From the IMG/VR virus record IMGVR_UViG_3300033429_000001, positions 1 to 64,000 of that record: a DNA stretch of 64,000 nucleotides; one strand, given 5' to 3'. The notes below the pieces were generated by a model, which had not been told where the DNA came from, did not search any database, and worked only from the letters and a program-made list of their open reading frames with translations. Both the position numbers and the translations under genes were made by a program. The number at the start of each line of letters is the position of its first letter. Within the stretch, counting starts at the first letter, position 1. Shown piece by piece: positions 1 to 9,282 of this stretch. The stretch is from a virus.

Positions 1-99
1 ACGCTGTCAATAATATAATCTTGCTTATCTAACATTTTATTCTCCTTTTTGCTATTTCAGTGAGTTTATCTCTCTGAACTGTCTATATAATACCACATT
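1..99. repeat. 99-bp exact repeat (other copy 16724-16822): -10 box, RBS and first codons of a small leftward ORF (MLDKQDYIIDS...)
   Basis: Direct comparison of the two segments. Confidence 0.95.
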
Positions 100-115
100 A
101 TAGCTATAATGTCAA
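87..115 (-). promoter_or_regulatory. Leftward sigma70 promoter TTGACA-17-TATTAT overlapped by the perfect palindrome CATTATAGCTATAATG (96-111)
   Basis: Consensus -35, TGn extended -10, 17-nt spacer. Confidence 0.75.
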
Positions 116-196
116 CCCCTTTTTCTCTACAATCTCACCAATTTTTCTCTACAATTTGTAGAGTTTTGACACATCCTGCTAATTTTAATTTTCCTG

Positions 197-291
197 CGCT
201 TCTCCCTGTCTGCAATCTTCGCGCTAGGATTGCTTTTAATTATCGCGCTGACTGGCCCAGGAGGTCACCAGTCGAGACAGGGAGGAGAGCG
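197..291 (-). ncRNA. Putative structured element (multi-branch junction), copy A; copy B at 16455-16545
   Basis: Two intergenic copies share three helices with compensatory changes. Confidence 0.6.
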
Positions 292-312
292 GGAAATGCC
301 TGGGTATCTTTT

Positions 313-993
313 CTACTTCTTACTGGACTTCCTTAGCCATCTGTCCCTGGCCATTCTGCAATAGTCTGACCTGGACCAGTGAGTCACGTCACCATACAAT
401 CGTCCGCTTGTGCCCTGGCCAGGCTCACCAGACACCAGGCGAGCGTAGGACAGGATATAGAGACAGCAGTAGTACTCATCATCAAGGAAGCGAGGATTTA
501 CACGTCTTGTAAAATGAGCCTTCGACAGTACCCAGTTGATTTTTATTCTCTGGTAGCCGCCACCCGTCCAGCGCATGGAGAACTTGGTGTCATTGACAGA
601 GTTGGATTGTCTACGCCAGGCGATGCCGACGAATCTCATAAATGTGGATTCTGGTATGGCGATAGGTAGCCCCCGCCCAAAGAATTGAAATTCCTCTGGC
701 TCTGGCTCTCTCCGATCATGCCATTTAATCAGCCGGCCCCCATCATGATGTCCAGGGGCTATGCTGTTGAACGTAGAGACGGCCCGATTCCAACGGGGAG
801 TCCGTTGACCAGGCCGTCGCCAGGGCCAGCGACGGGATAGGACGGTCACAGCAGCAATACCACCGAATCCGTATAGCATCGGTGGCCACCCGTCGCCGTT
901 AGCAAGGGCCGAGAAACAGGCGATGGCGACCGTTGACAGGCCGCCATCAATCAGGAAATTTTGGGTTTCTTGGCGTAGGTTTATTTTGGTCAT
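313..993 (-). CDS. Hypothetical membrane-anchored protein
   Basis: 226-aa ORF, two N-terminal hydrophobic segments, co-oriented with neighbours. Confidence 0.65.
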   Translation of the reverse strand: MTKINLRQETQNFLIDGGLSTVAIACFSALANGDGWPPMLYGFGGIAAVTVLSRRWPWRRPGQRTPRWNRAVSTFNSIAPGHHDGGRLIKWHDRREPEPEEFQFFGRGLPIAIPESTFMRFVGIAWRRQSNSVNDTKFSMRWTGGGYQRIKINWVLSKAHFTRRVNPRFLDDEYYCCLYILSYARLVSGEPGQGTSGRLYGDVTHWSRSDYCRMARDRWLRKSSKK

Positions 994-1009
994 TATCTAT
1001 CCACATCGC

Positions 1010-1939
1010 TTAAAATGGCAAATCCTCTTCTTCGCTCGGGTCGGAATTATTTTGATTACCCAGTCTTGAGTCCGCCTCTTGGTTGGCGAAATTTGCCAAC
1101 TCGTTATAGATAAATTCCTCATTGGCTGGATCGTATCTTAAGTTCAATTCGGCCATTGCGGTTTCTATTCGAGCGCCGTTGGTAAAATACGTTATGTTGT
1201 CCAGTATTCTTTTCTCGAATTTGCCATAATCAGCCGTGCCGTCCATTTCGTCAGGATTGGAGACGGCGGAGACCTGACTATCAAAAATAGACTGCCTAAT
1301 TTGCTCCTCATTCTTTGACGAATAGGCCAATTGTGCTTCTGAGTATTGCTTCTCTAGCCATTCCAGGCCGTAGAAATAATCATCCAACGAGTTGAGGAAT
1401 TTGTGGAGCGGCACAGCTACCTCAACCATTTCGTCGTAGGCGTCTTGGGGTCTGAAATGGTCACCGGTCAAATTGGCCATGCTCAGAACATACGACATAA
1501 TTCTTGTAATGTTGACCGGGTCATAGGGAGGATTCCAGATTTTGAGTGTGTTCTTGCAGTGCGTAGCCAATTGGCTTTTAGTCATTTTTGATACGTCAAT
1601 ACTGACACTATGGGTAGTGGGCTGTATCCTGGTAACGATCATTTTCTTACCGGCCACGGTTTCAGCATTGTCAAAAACTTTGACCCGCTTCCCGATCCAT
1701 TCACCTGGGGGGCCGTATGCCTCGCAAAGGATTCGTCCATATGATAGCGGAATTCTAACCTTCAGGGGACTTTCCATAAAATGAACCAAGCAAATCGTCT
1801 CGGTGTCCTTGCTCTGGAATTTTCGGCGATCTTCGGCGGTAACGTCTTTAATAGTCATAATTTCTGCTCCGTCAGGTAGATCAATACCACCCCGCATAAT
1901 GCCGGTTTGGTTTGGGAATAATTCAGCCATTGTTTTCAT
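1010..1939 (-). CDS. Phage ssDNA-binding/recombination-type protein; likely start 1939 (the frame stays open to 2164/2191)
   Basis: GAGGTG RBS before MKTMAELFP; YG...WIGKRV OB-like pattern; acidic C-terminus EEEDLPF. Confidence 0.55.
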   Translation of the reverse strand: MKTMAELFPNQTGIMRGGIDLPDGAEIMTIKDVTAEDRRKFQSKDTETICLVHFMESPLKVRIPLSYGRILCEAYGPPGEWIGKRVKVFDNAETVAGKKMIVTRIQPTTHSVSIDVSKMTKSQLATHCKNTLKIWNPPYDPVNITRIMSYVLSMANLTGDHFRPQDAYDEMVEVAVPLHKFLNSLDDYFYGLEWLEKQYSEAQLAYSSKNEEQIRQSIFDSQVSAVSNPDEMDGTADYGKFEKRILDNITYFTNGARIETAMAELNLRYDPANEEFIYNELANFANQEADSRLGNQNNSDPSEEEDLPF

Positions 1940-2351
1940 GATTTCACCTCGTGTTAATTCTTTGGCTACGCCTCTATGGATAAACCCATAGTGTTGATGA
2001 TTATCAGAGCATTTAAGCCCGTGGTTTTTTATCTCTAAATCAGATAAACAATACAGGCACTTGTACACGATTTTGGCAAGATGGATATTTATTCGTTCGC
2101 CGTGTATTGTTGTCAGATCATGGCCGCCGGTCGTCATGGCGGCGCGTCGGGCGATTCTGGTCACAATTTGCCCTTTCCCCGCCCGGCTCATCCCTTACCG
2201 GGCAGGTATATGGCGGGGTGATTCGAGACCACTATAACCGGCCCAAGTTTGCCGGTTGCAAGCCTCCCCAGTTGCGGCTTTGTACATGCATGCATTGGTG
2301 AGTTGGGTGGGGGAGACACGCCCTTGCGGGCATCAGGGACGCCGCCAATAA

Positions 2352-2798
2352 TTAAAGCGACTGAACTTTTTCAAGCCATGATTTTGTGGCTTGAATATAT
2401 CCTGCTGTCGTGTGCCAGCCCTGATAAAATTCCAGGATTTTGGCACTATCCAACACGCGGCCACCGTCATACTCCAGTCTAAGCACCAGACTGGCATCAC
2501 GTATCCCAAACAAGCTAATCCTGGCCCCGTTTTCCCGGATACCCAGGAGGGTCATTTTGTGATACGTTGGGGCGGCCTTGCGGTCGATGGCTAAAAATAC
2601 TTTTTCCAAAACGTCGGCATGGGTCAGGCCGACGAAAAGACTGTTTTCATTATTGGCTTCATAAGCCTCTTGGCAATCATTTGCCAATAAACACGGTGGG
2701 CAACGATGGCCAGAAGGGAGATTGAGACCGAATAATTCACAGCTGATTTGTGTCATCTTAATCCTGCTTTCTTTGTTTATTGCGCTTAATCCGAACAA
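2352..2798 (-). CDS. Hypothetical protein (Cys cluster)
   Basis: ORF in leftward operon; start uncertain. Confidence 0.55.
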   Translation of the reverse strand: MFGLSAINKESRIKMTQISCELFGLNLPSGHRCPPCLLANDCQEAYEANNENSLFVGLTHADVLEKVFLAIDRKAAPTYHKMTLLGIRENGARISLFGIRDASLVLRLEYDGGRVLDSAKILEFYQGWHTTAGYIQATKSWLEKVQSL

Positions 2799-3244
2799 AC
2801 AATCCGTTTGATCTCAACCGTTTTTGTGCCCACGGTCTCGACCCGGCAACTGGCGCCGTCGGCGTAGTCGGCGTCGACGACAACGAGAAGATGCGGGGGA
2901 AAATCGTACGGAGAGATTGGTTCGTCCCGGCGGAAATAATCAATAAAAATGTCCCCGTCATCATTCACAAATTGACGGGCTCGCTGCCAGCCACTGCCAA
3001 TGGCCCGCCGCATCTGTCTGAAGTTTTCCCGGCCCGGGGCGATTTTGATGGCCAGGCCTTCGGATACGTAGGCATCCCGCACTAAGCCGTCCGGCAGGTC
3101 AAGCAAGCCGTGTTTATCGGCCCACTCGATGGCCTGTTCAGTTTTTTTAATTCTCTTTCGCTCTTGGTCTATTTTGTGATTGATAATAGTATTACTCATT
3201 GTTGCACTTTTTTGCGTATTTAATGCAGTGTATCGTTTGTCCAT
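2786..3244 (-). CDS. Hypothetical protein
   Basis: GGAGG RBS, 152 aa, operon context. Confidence 0.65.
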   Translation of the reverse strand: MDKRYTALNTQKSATMSNTIINHKIDQERKRIKKTEQAIEWADKHGLLDLPDGLVRDAYVSEGLAIKIAPGRENFRQMRRAIGSGWQRARQFVNDDGDIFIDYFRRDEPISPYDFPPHLLVVVDADYADGASCRVETVGTKTVEIKRIVCSD

Positions 3245-3342
3245 TTTGTGCCTCCGGTTACTGTTTGCTTGCTTTACTCACTTAACTAACTACAAAAAGG
3301 GGGCAATGTCAACCCCTAAATACCCAACGTTCGTTGAAATTT

Positions 3343-3567
3343 TTATTTCACAAAACCCAGCCACCGCAGGACCAAAGCGACGGCCATCGCGCTGGCGTCA
3401 ATCACGCGGGCAATTTTGACGATGTTTATACCTGCAAACCACATCACCTGGATTTCCTCCTTTTTCAATTTGAGCAACTCTTGCGCCTCTTGTTGGACTC
3501 GTTCGGTCGGCCCTGGCGACATAGCTCCGCCGGTCGTCATGGCGGAGCGTCGGGCGATTCCGGTCAT
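3343..3567 (-). CDS. Small hypothetical protein, possible HTH
   Basis: GAGG RBS; GINIVKIARVID helix pattern. Confidence 0.55.
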   Translation of the reverse strand: MTGIARRSAMTTGGAMSPGPTERVQQEAQELLKLKKEEIQVMWFAGINIVKIARVIDASAMAVALVLRWLGFVK

Positions 3568-3834
3568 TTATAGTTCCTCTTTTTTGGCAGCCTGCCATAA
3601 TTCGGCTGCATCTTTCATAGTGCCACCGCCACGAATGACGGCGCCAACGTGTGCATTGTACGCCGATTGGCCACGCCTGGTCTTCAATTCAGATAGAATC
3701 TTCTCAAGCAATTCGGCAATATAGATTAATAAAAACTGTGATAGTTGCGACTCTTGCGACCAGTAAGACTCCAGTCCTCTATTCTGAGCAAGTGCTTGTT
3801 TTGCCTTCGTTATTTTCTTTACTTTTGCCTTCAT
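3568..3834 (-). CDS. Hypothetical protein
   Basis: 88-aa ORF abutting neighbours. Confidence 0.6.
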   Translation of the reverse strand: MKAKVKKITKAKQALAQNRGLESYWSQESQLSQFLLIYIAELLEKILSELKTRRGQSAYNAHVGAVIRGGGTMKDAAELWQAAKKEEL

Positions 3835-3846
3835 GATTTCCCTTTT

Positions 3847-4344
3847 CTACACCCATTCTACCGGAATAGTCCCCCGGCGCGGCTTCGGTTGCTGATTTCC
3901 AAACGCCCAACGTAGCCCCGCTTCCTTTTCAGCCTCCGTGATTGTTACGGGCTGCATCTCAACCGGGGTCTGTCCGAGCATTTTTATTATGCTCTCCCCG
4001 ATATTGGGGGCTTTGTAAACCGGACCGATGGGGTCATCGTAGCCCAGCGCGCTGGCGACGGTTTCGTCTGAGGCATTATCAGGTAATTCTACCATTTTTT
4101 CAAGCGACGGGCAGCCGCACCTACGCCAACCCTGCCTGCAGTTCTTACAGATATCTGAGCGGGCAGGGACTTGGGGGGCCGCCGTGGTATGGGTAAGTCT
4201 CGTATTTAGTAATTGCATCCCCGCTACAATAGACTTAGCCGCCGCGTCCGTTTTACCGGCCAGGATTTGAGCGGCAATAATTTGGACGGTGGTAGAGCGA
4301 CGGCGGACTAATTGACGAAGTTGATTAATATGATGTTTTTCCAT
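3847..4344 (-). CDS. Hypothetical protein with CxxC...CxC motif
   Basis: 165 aa, translationally coupled to the upstream ORF. Confidence 0.6.
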   Translation of the reverse strand: MEKHHINQLRQLVRRRSTTVQIIAAQILAGKTDAAAKSIVAGMQLLNTRLTHTTAAPQVPARSDICKNCRQGWRRCGCPSLEKMVELPDNASDETVASALGYDDPIGPVYKAPNIGESIIKMLGQTPVEMQPVTITEAEKEAGLRWAFGNQQPKPRRGTIPVEWV

Positions 4345-4571
4345 TACGCCACCGCCATACTGTCGCTAGGGCAGCGGAGGCTATGCAGTCTCTTTGTGGC
4401 GATGGCATCATTGTACATAAACCAGGCCGTACTTTGGTGTGTGGCATAATTAACGACCTGACCGTCAAGCCACACCTCGTATTCTTTTATTGCCGGGTTG
4501 TAGTGTAACCCGTCCGGCCTGCTTTGGGTTTGACTTTGAGTGGTATAGTGTGGTATACTTTTTTTAGACAT
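4344..4571 (-). CDS. Hypothetical protein, first gene of the leftward early operon
   Basis: AGGAG RBS downstream of a consensus promoter. Confidence 0.65.
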   Translation of the reverse strand: MSKKSIPHYTTQSQTQSRPDGLHYNPAIKEYEVWLDGQVVNYATHQSTAWFMYNDAIATKRLHSLRCPSDSMAVA

Positions 4572-4658
4572 TTATCACTCCTGTTTAGTGATTTTTGTTA
4601 GCCCTCGCTGAGCGTTAGATCCGCTCGTCGGGGGCGTTTGTTTTTTAAATGTAAGGGA

Positions 4659-4730
4659 ATTATATCAGGAATTTCTCTATGTGTCAAATTAACTTGATAG
4701 ACTTGACACTATGCAAAAGCGATGTATAAT
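4659..4730. promoter_or_regulatory. Divergent sigma70 promoters: leftward TTGACA-17-TATAAT (4687-4659), rightward TTGACA-16-TATAAT (4703-4730)
   Basis: Perfect consensus hexamers between divergent genes. Confidence 0.85.
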
Positions 4731-4739
4731 ATCATCACT

Positions 4740-4961
4740 ATGGAAAATAAAATACCTGAAATTTTGAGCGATAGGGGTCTAACTATCTCCGACCTACACG
4801 CCATGATAATTCGAGGGGGTGACAGATTTAGCTATACTGGCCTGCTTGAATTAGCCAAGCCAACTGCTGGGCCATTGGCCGATGGTGTAAAGATCGGCAC
4901 ATTAAGAAAGATTGCTTTTGCATTGGGCGTAAAGGTCAGGGATTTGATCGGGGAAGAATGA
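4740..4961 (+). CDS. XRE/Cro-like HTH regulator, probably leaderless
   Basis: IPEILSDRGLTISDL...TLRKIAFALGVKVRDL; ATG 9 nt after the -10 box. Confidence 0.85.
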   Translation: MENKIPEILSDRGLTISDLHAMIIRGGDRFSYTGLLELAKPTAGPLADGVKIGTLRKIAFALGVKVRDLIGEE

Positions 4962-5018
4962 AACACGAACTAAAAACATGGTGCATCAGGGCGGGGCTTA
5001 CGAAAGGCAACCTAACAC

Positions 5019-5183
5019 TTGAAAAAGAAATATGATGTAACATACGAAATTGTTAATCTTAAAACACGCAAAACAGAAGAACGTATTTTTGTATCTGAAA
5101 TTGATTACAAATCTGCATTAGCAATTAAACGCAATCACAAAAAGATTTGCGCGATGCGCGTCAAACGTTCCGCCCAGCAATAG
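5019..5183 (+). CDS. Small basic hypothetical protein (TTG start), duplicate of 13880-14041
   Basis: Frame open in both copies. Confidence 0.5.
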   Translation: MKKKYDVTYEIVNLKTRKTEERIFVSEIDYKSALAIKRNHKKICAMRVKRSAQQ

Positions 5184-5187
5184 CAAT
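5031..5187. repeat. 157-bp direct repeat with 2 mismatches; other copy 13889-14045
   Basis: Direct comparison. Confidence 0.95.
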
Positions 5188-5258
5188 GGTACGCAACCAG
5201 TCTTCGGGCGGGGGCTGATTCACTTCTGGCCCCGGAACAATTGAGTCTATTTTAATAT

Positions 5259-5395
5259 GTGGTTGTGGCGCACTGGCAACGCCTGGGTCATGAGCGTGAG
5301 GAATCGAGACGACAGCGCGCATTGTCACGATTTCAAAAAAGCAGACAGCCGACCGGATGGATGCCCGGAAGCGGGTTCGACTCCCGCCAGCCACA
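5259..5395 (+). ncRNA. tRNA-like RNA with an enlarged anticodon arm
   Basis: Acceptor GTGGTTG/CAGCCAC-A, D arm GCG..TGG..CGC, T arm GCGGG-TTCGACT-CCCGC, CTGGG/CCCGG stem around a ~75-nt loop; no encoded CCA. Confidence 0.65.
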
Positions 5396-5602
5396 CATGC
5401 CATACAAATGAAATGGAGCGACAATGAGGTCCAGCGATCTTGGCTGTGCGTTGGTTATAGTAGCGTATTTGGTCATGTTGACAATCCTAATTCTGTCTGG
5501 ACATCTCATGGGTGGGTATTCTTTTTTATAATTTTCCCCATCTTTATACTTTCAGCAATGGGAATAGATAATGAGAGATAGCAAGAGGAAGGCGGTAAAA
5601 CC

Positions 5603-6022
5603 TTGAAAGAAATACATATTCAGAAAATTTTAGAGGATCATAAGCTTTGGCTGCTAAATAAAGATGGTGAGCAGGCTGACTTGAGGTGGGCAAAACTGAG
5701 CGGGGCCAACCTGAGCGGGGCCAATCTGAGCGGGGCCAATCTGAGCGAGGCCGATCTGAGAAGGGCCGACTTGAGCGGGGCCGACTTGAGCGGGGCCAAC
5801 CTGATCGGGGCCAACTTGAGGTGGGCCAACCTGAGCGGGGCCGACTTGAGCGGGGCCAACCTGACCGGGGCCAATCTATCCAGGACAAGTTTTTGTCAGG
5901 CTACTTTGGATGGGGTAGTCTTAAGGCCAAAAGACATTGGTGGGCCAGGACATATACTATGCGCACTCACAAAACAAGAATGGGATATGATACGAGATAA
6001 TAGGGAGGATAATGGCCGATGA
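5603..6022 (+). CDS. Pentapeptide repeat protein
   Basis: Tandem A(N/D)LxG repeats after ILEDHKLWL..G..ADL. Confidence 0.92.
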   Translation: MKEIHIQKILEDHKLWLLNKDGEQADLRWAKLSGANLSGANLSGANLSEADLRRADLSGADLSGANLIGANLRWANLSGADLSGANLTGANLSRTSFCQATLDGVVLRPKDIGGPGHILCALTKQEWDMIRDNREDNGR

Positions 6023-6057
6023 CAACCAAAAAAAATCCGTTTTGGTCGGGGTGTTGA

Positions 6058-6435
6058 ATGGATAAAACGGAAGCACAAAGACAGTTAGCCAAAGAATCCG
6101 ACAAAACCCTTGAGCGCAATTTTGATACTCTTTGGGCCTGGCTTAATGGTCCAGAATTACAATCTGAGTTTAAATTTCATCCCTCTCGAAAATGGAGATT
6201 TGATAGGGCCTATCCATCTCTAATGATAGGCATAGAGATCGAGGGCGGCACCTGGTCAGGCGGGCGACACAATCGTGAGCCAGGGTTTACTAATGATTGC
6301 GAGAAGTACAACTCGGCAGCCCTCATGGGCTGGAGGGTGTTTAGATTTTCTGGCCCAATGATGAACGATCCAGGCAAATACATTAAACCCATTGCCGATT
6401 TTTTAAGCGAGTGGCATGGAGGTCAGGATGGGTAA
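6058..6435 (+). CDS. PD-(D/E)xK endonuclease (DUF559/Vsr-like)
   Basis: EFKFHPSRKWRFD..IEIEGG..H...DCEKYN.A...GWRVFRF. Confidence 0.85.
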   Translation: MDKTEAQRQLAKESDKTLERNFDTLWAWLNGPELQSEFKFHPSRKWRFDRAYPSLMIGIEIEGGTWSGGRHNREPGFTNDCEKYNSAALMGWRVFRFSGPMMNDPGKYIKPIADFLSEWHGGQDG

Positions 6436-6499
6436 ATACCATCTCCCAAAGATTAAGCCGGCGACAAAAAACCTCTGACCTCGTTGTCGAAAGGAACAT

Positions 6500-6982
6500 A
6501 TGAAACACATCGGAAGTTTTTCGACTGGCTTATCGTCAGCACTCACAATTGAACGGATGCTAAACCGATACGGCGAAGAAAATTGTGATATTGTCGGGAT
6601 GGATACGCTTTGCGAAGACGACGACAATTGGCGTTTCGCTTCAGAGTGTGAAGCTAGGTGGGGAAAGACAATAACCGTCCTATGTGATGGACGCGACCCG
6701 TACCAGGTGGCTGAGGAGAAAAACATCATCCCCAATCAGAAAATAGCCCCTTGTACATTTAAACTAAAAATAGAAGTTTTCCAAAAATACTTACTGAGGT
6801 TCAACGAACCACTAACCATCCATATAGGCTACGACATTTTTGAGGCTCACCGATGCGACGCCACCCGCGACAACTACGAAGCTGAGGGATACGCTGTTGA
6901 CTTCCCATTGTTCTGGAAACCGATTGAACACCGACCATACTCACAGGTAGTACGAGATGACTGCGCCCACCAGAGGCGTTAG
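6500..6982 (+). pseudogene. PAPS-reductase/adenine nucleotide alpha-hydrolase-like protein, apparently C-terminally truncated
   Basis: SFSTGLSS loop, DT..ED.DNWRF, CT..LK, IGYD..E..R, FPL; the expected Cys-containing C-terminal part is missing. Confidence 0.6.
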
Positions 6983-7146
6983 CACATCGAGCCTAATTGC
7001 TAAAGTTGAGTTTGGACAAGCGTTAAAATGGCACCCACCAATATCGCAATTGTCCAAGAATACACCTCTAGAGTTAGGCTCTTTTAGGCTGCACCGACAA
7101 GGACCATTATCAATAGATCGCCCGGCGATCAGAAAGGCAGGCACAA

Positions 7147-7491
7147 ATGGATGCGCATAGAGTTTTATTTCTTGATAAGCAGTACCAACTATTGGATGTG
7201 GCCAAGAAGGCAATGGCTTATCTAAAAATTCTCAATGCGGCCAAAGAGGCGCTGGGGGTATCAACTCACGAGGAGATCCCGGAGGCGATTCACCAGTTGA
7301 AAAAATGCGGACTGTTCCACGGATTGATCGGAATAATCAATGAGCAGCAGGAATTGATAAGCCTGCTGATTGACGAACGTCCGAAAACGGAAAAAACTAA
7401 AGAGATTAAGGCCGCGATGGAGAGAATTATCGGAAAAACGGAAACGGTACGCAACCAGGCCAGCTTTGCGTTAAAAAGTCTGGCTAACTAA
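7147..7491 (+). CDS. Hypothetical coiled-coil protein; C-terminal ~55 aa duplicated in 11097-11342
   Basis: ORF plus repeat. Confidence 0.65.
   Translation: MDAHRVLFLDKQYQLLDVAKKAMAYLKILNAAKEALGVSTHEEIPEAIHQLKKCGLFHGLIGIINEQQELISLLIDERPKTEKTKEIKAAMERIIGKTETVRNQASFALKSLAN
7300..7460. repeat. 161-bp diverged direct repeat; other copy 11145-11305
   Basis: Direct comparison; both copies encode KKCGLFHGLIGIINEQQELI...ETVRNQA. Confidence 0.9.
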
Positions 7492-7512
7492 TTATTCTAA
7501 AGGAACTGATCC

Positions 7513-7788
7513 ATGACGACAAATCAAATATTTCTTCACTGGCGTGATCTGGCGCCCAGCCCGCTGAACCGGCTGGTGCGGGGCGAGATCGACGACGATG
7601 CGCCGGACATCGCCTACGACAGGGAACAAAAAACGATCAGCGAGCAACTCAAACGCCTCCGGCAGGCCCTGACCGCCCATAAAGCCCGATTTAAAGATAA
7701 TGGCCAATTCAGCCACGTGGGCGAATTGAACGAAGTCAGCCGGGAGTTAGAGAGCCTGATTGGGTTTTTGAAAAGCAGCACGCCATGA
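7513..7788 (+). CDS. Hypothetical protein
   Basis: AAGGA RBS; ATGA overlap with next gene. Confidence 0.65.
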   Translation: MTTNQIFLHWRDLAPSPLNRLVRGEIDDDAPDIAYDREQKTISEQLKRLRQALTAHKARFKDNGQFSHVGELNEVSRELESLIGFLKSSTP

Positions 7789-8930
7789 AAATACAACTCA
7801 TGCTGGCCACCAACAACCCGTGCAACGGCCTGCCGTCCGGTCAGGCCGCCAGCCTCGAGATCCCCAACCTGATCTCCCTGGAGGGCGAGCCGGTATCCTG
7901 CGATTTCGTGAGTGACCACCTGTTAGAGCTGGACGGCATCCGCTTCAGCATCTATGGCCACACGCCCTGGGCCGGTAATTGGTGCTGGACCGGCTGCCAC
8001 ATCGACGCCGGCAACCTTGTCCTGATCCTCGACCGACTGCGGGGCCAACACTGGACCTGCACCGAAGCCGAGTCGACACTATTCCGGATATATAAGACCG
8101 GCGGGTACATCGCCCCCAGGTGGCTGGAGCGGTTGTACGGCGACCGGGTCACCTGGACCGACCGGCTTTACATCCACCGGCTGGATTTGCAGGAGTGGTG
8201 GTACGAGTCGGCCAGCCGCGCCTATCTCCGCCAGGAGCGACACCGCCGCCAGGCCCGGCGCTGGCTAGAGGCCGGCGACGCCACGGGCCTGGTCTGCCGG
8301 CTGATGTTCGAGCTAAATCGTCACGCCCGTAGATACCGGTACTCCGCCCGGCGCAAAACCATCTACGAACTGAAAAACCGGCTGGTCCGCCACCTGTACG
8401 AACAAGATTATTGCCGGAGCGTCTCGTTCCAGAAGCAAGAGCTTGAATGCTGGAGTTGTCACGGCGCCGGGCAATATGATGATACGTCGACTTGCTGCTA
8501 CAAGTGCGACGGCACGGGGGTGTACCGGACGTATTGGCTCTACAGGTTCGTCTTTGCCATCGGCAGCCGGCATTACATCTGGCATCAACCCAAACCGCTG
8601 GTCGATTGGCAACTGGGAACCGTTACCGGGGATTGGCAGAGTAAGTACACAGGGCCGGTTGGCAATTCTAAAGAGCTTGACCAGGCAGCCCTCGATCTTT
8701 ACCTGGTCACGCTCTACGAGTACCTGGTGGAGTTGACCGGTGGTGACCTGCCACAGTTGGAGACATTCAAGGGAGCCATAAAGAAGGATTTTGGCCGCCG
8801 CCTCGAACTCTGGTGGTGGCGCAGGAAGCGGGATCTATCGGTGCTGAAGGATCGGGCGGACCGGGTCAGGCATTTCCTGGCCACAGGCGATTGGCCGGTC
8901 ACGGTATCGGAAGACGAGATCCCGTTTTAG
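7785..8930 (+). CDS. Hypothetical protein with DnaJ-type CxxCxGxG zinc motifs and EDEIPF tail
   Basis: CWSCHGAG...CYKCDGTG; 381 aa; GC-rich codon usage. Confidence 0.75.
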   Translation: MKIQLMLATNNPCNGLPSGQAASLEIPNLISLEGEPVSCDFVSDHLLELDGIRFSIYGHTPWAGNWCWTGCHIDAGNLVLILDRLRGQHWTCTEAESTLFRIYKTGGYIAPRWLERLYGDRVTWTDRLYIHRLDLQEWWYESASRAYLRQERHRRQARRWLEAGDATGLVCRLMFELNRHARRYRYSARRKTIYELKNRLVRHLYEQDYCRSVSFQKQELECWSCHGAGQYDDTSTCCYKCDGTGVYRTYWLYRFVFAIGSRHYIWHQPKPLVDWQLGTVTGDWQSKYTGPVGNSKELDQAALDLYLVTLYEYLVELTGGDLPQLETFKGAIKKDFGRRLELWWWRRKRDLSVLKDRADRVRHFLATGDWPVTVSEDEIPF

Positions 8931-9282
8931 AACATCAGGCCCATAGGCGGCCACAACAGCCTATCCGCCCACCAGACGCCCCCAAGGGCACGGACGCCTC
9001 CCCCGGCGAGAAACCGGGGCCTGAATAGACAGGCACGAACCCCCACCGGCAGGCAGGGCGGCACTACGCCGCCCTGCTCAACGGCAAGATTTTGGTGCTT
9101 GAGCCGGATAAGCTCAGAGAGGCCATGCCGGAATTGAAACAGCGGTTCCGGGAGGTGCCGACGGCCAATAATCAGAATGAGGGTTACAGAACCTGGGGCT
9201 TGATCGTGCCGTTGCATGAGGCCGAAGAAATAGCCGCGCGGGTGATCGAGGTCTGGGCGGTGGATGAAAGGGAGTTTGCCTG

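Noticed and set aside
5259-5395. tmRNA or canonical tRNA-Met
   Set aside because: Too short for tmRNA and no tag ORF; the anticodon loop is not 7 nt and CCA is absent.
5544-6000. Alternative-frame repetitive ORFs (RSGWP, LAPL, ERGQ repeats)
   Set aside because: Shadows of the 15-bp pentapeptide repeat.
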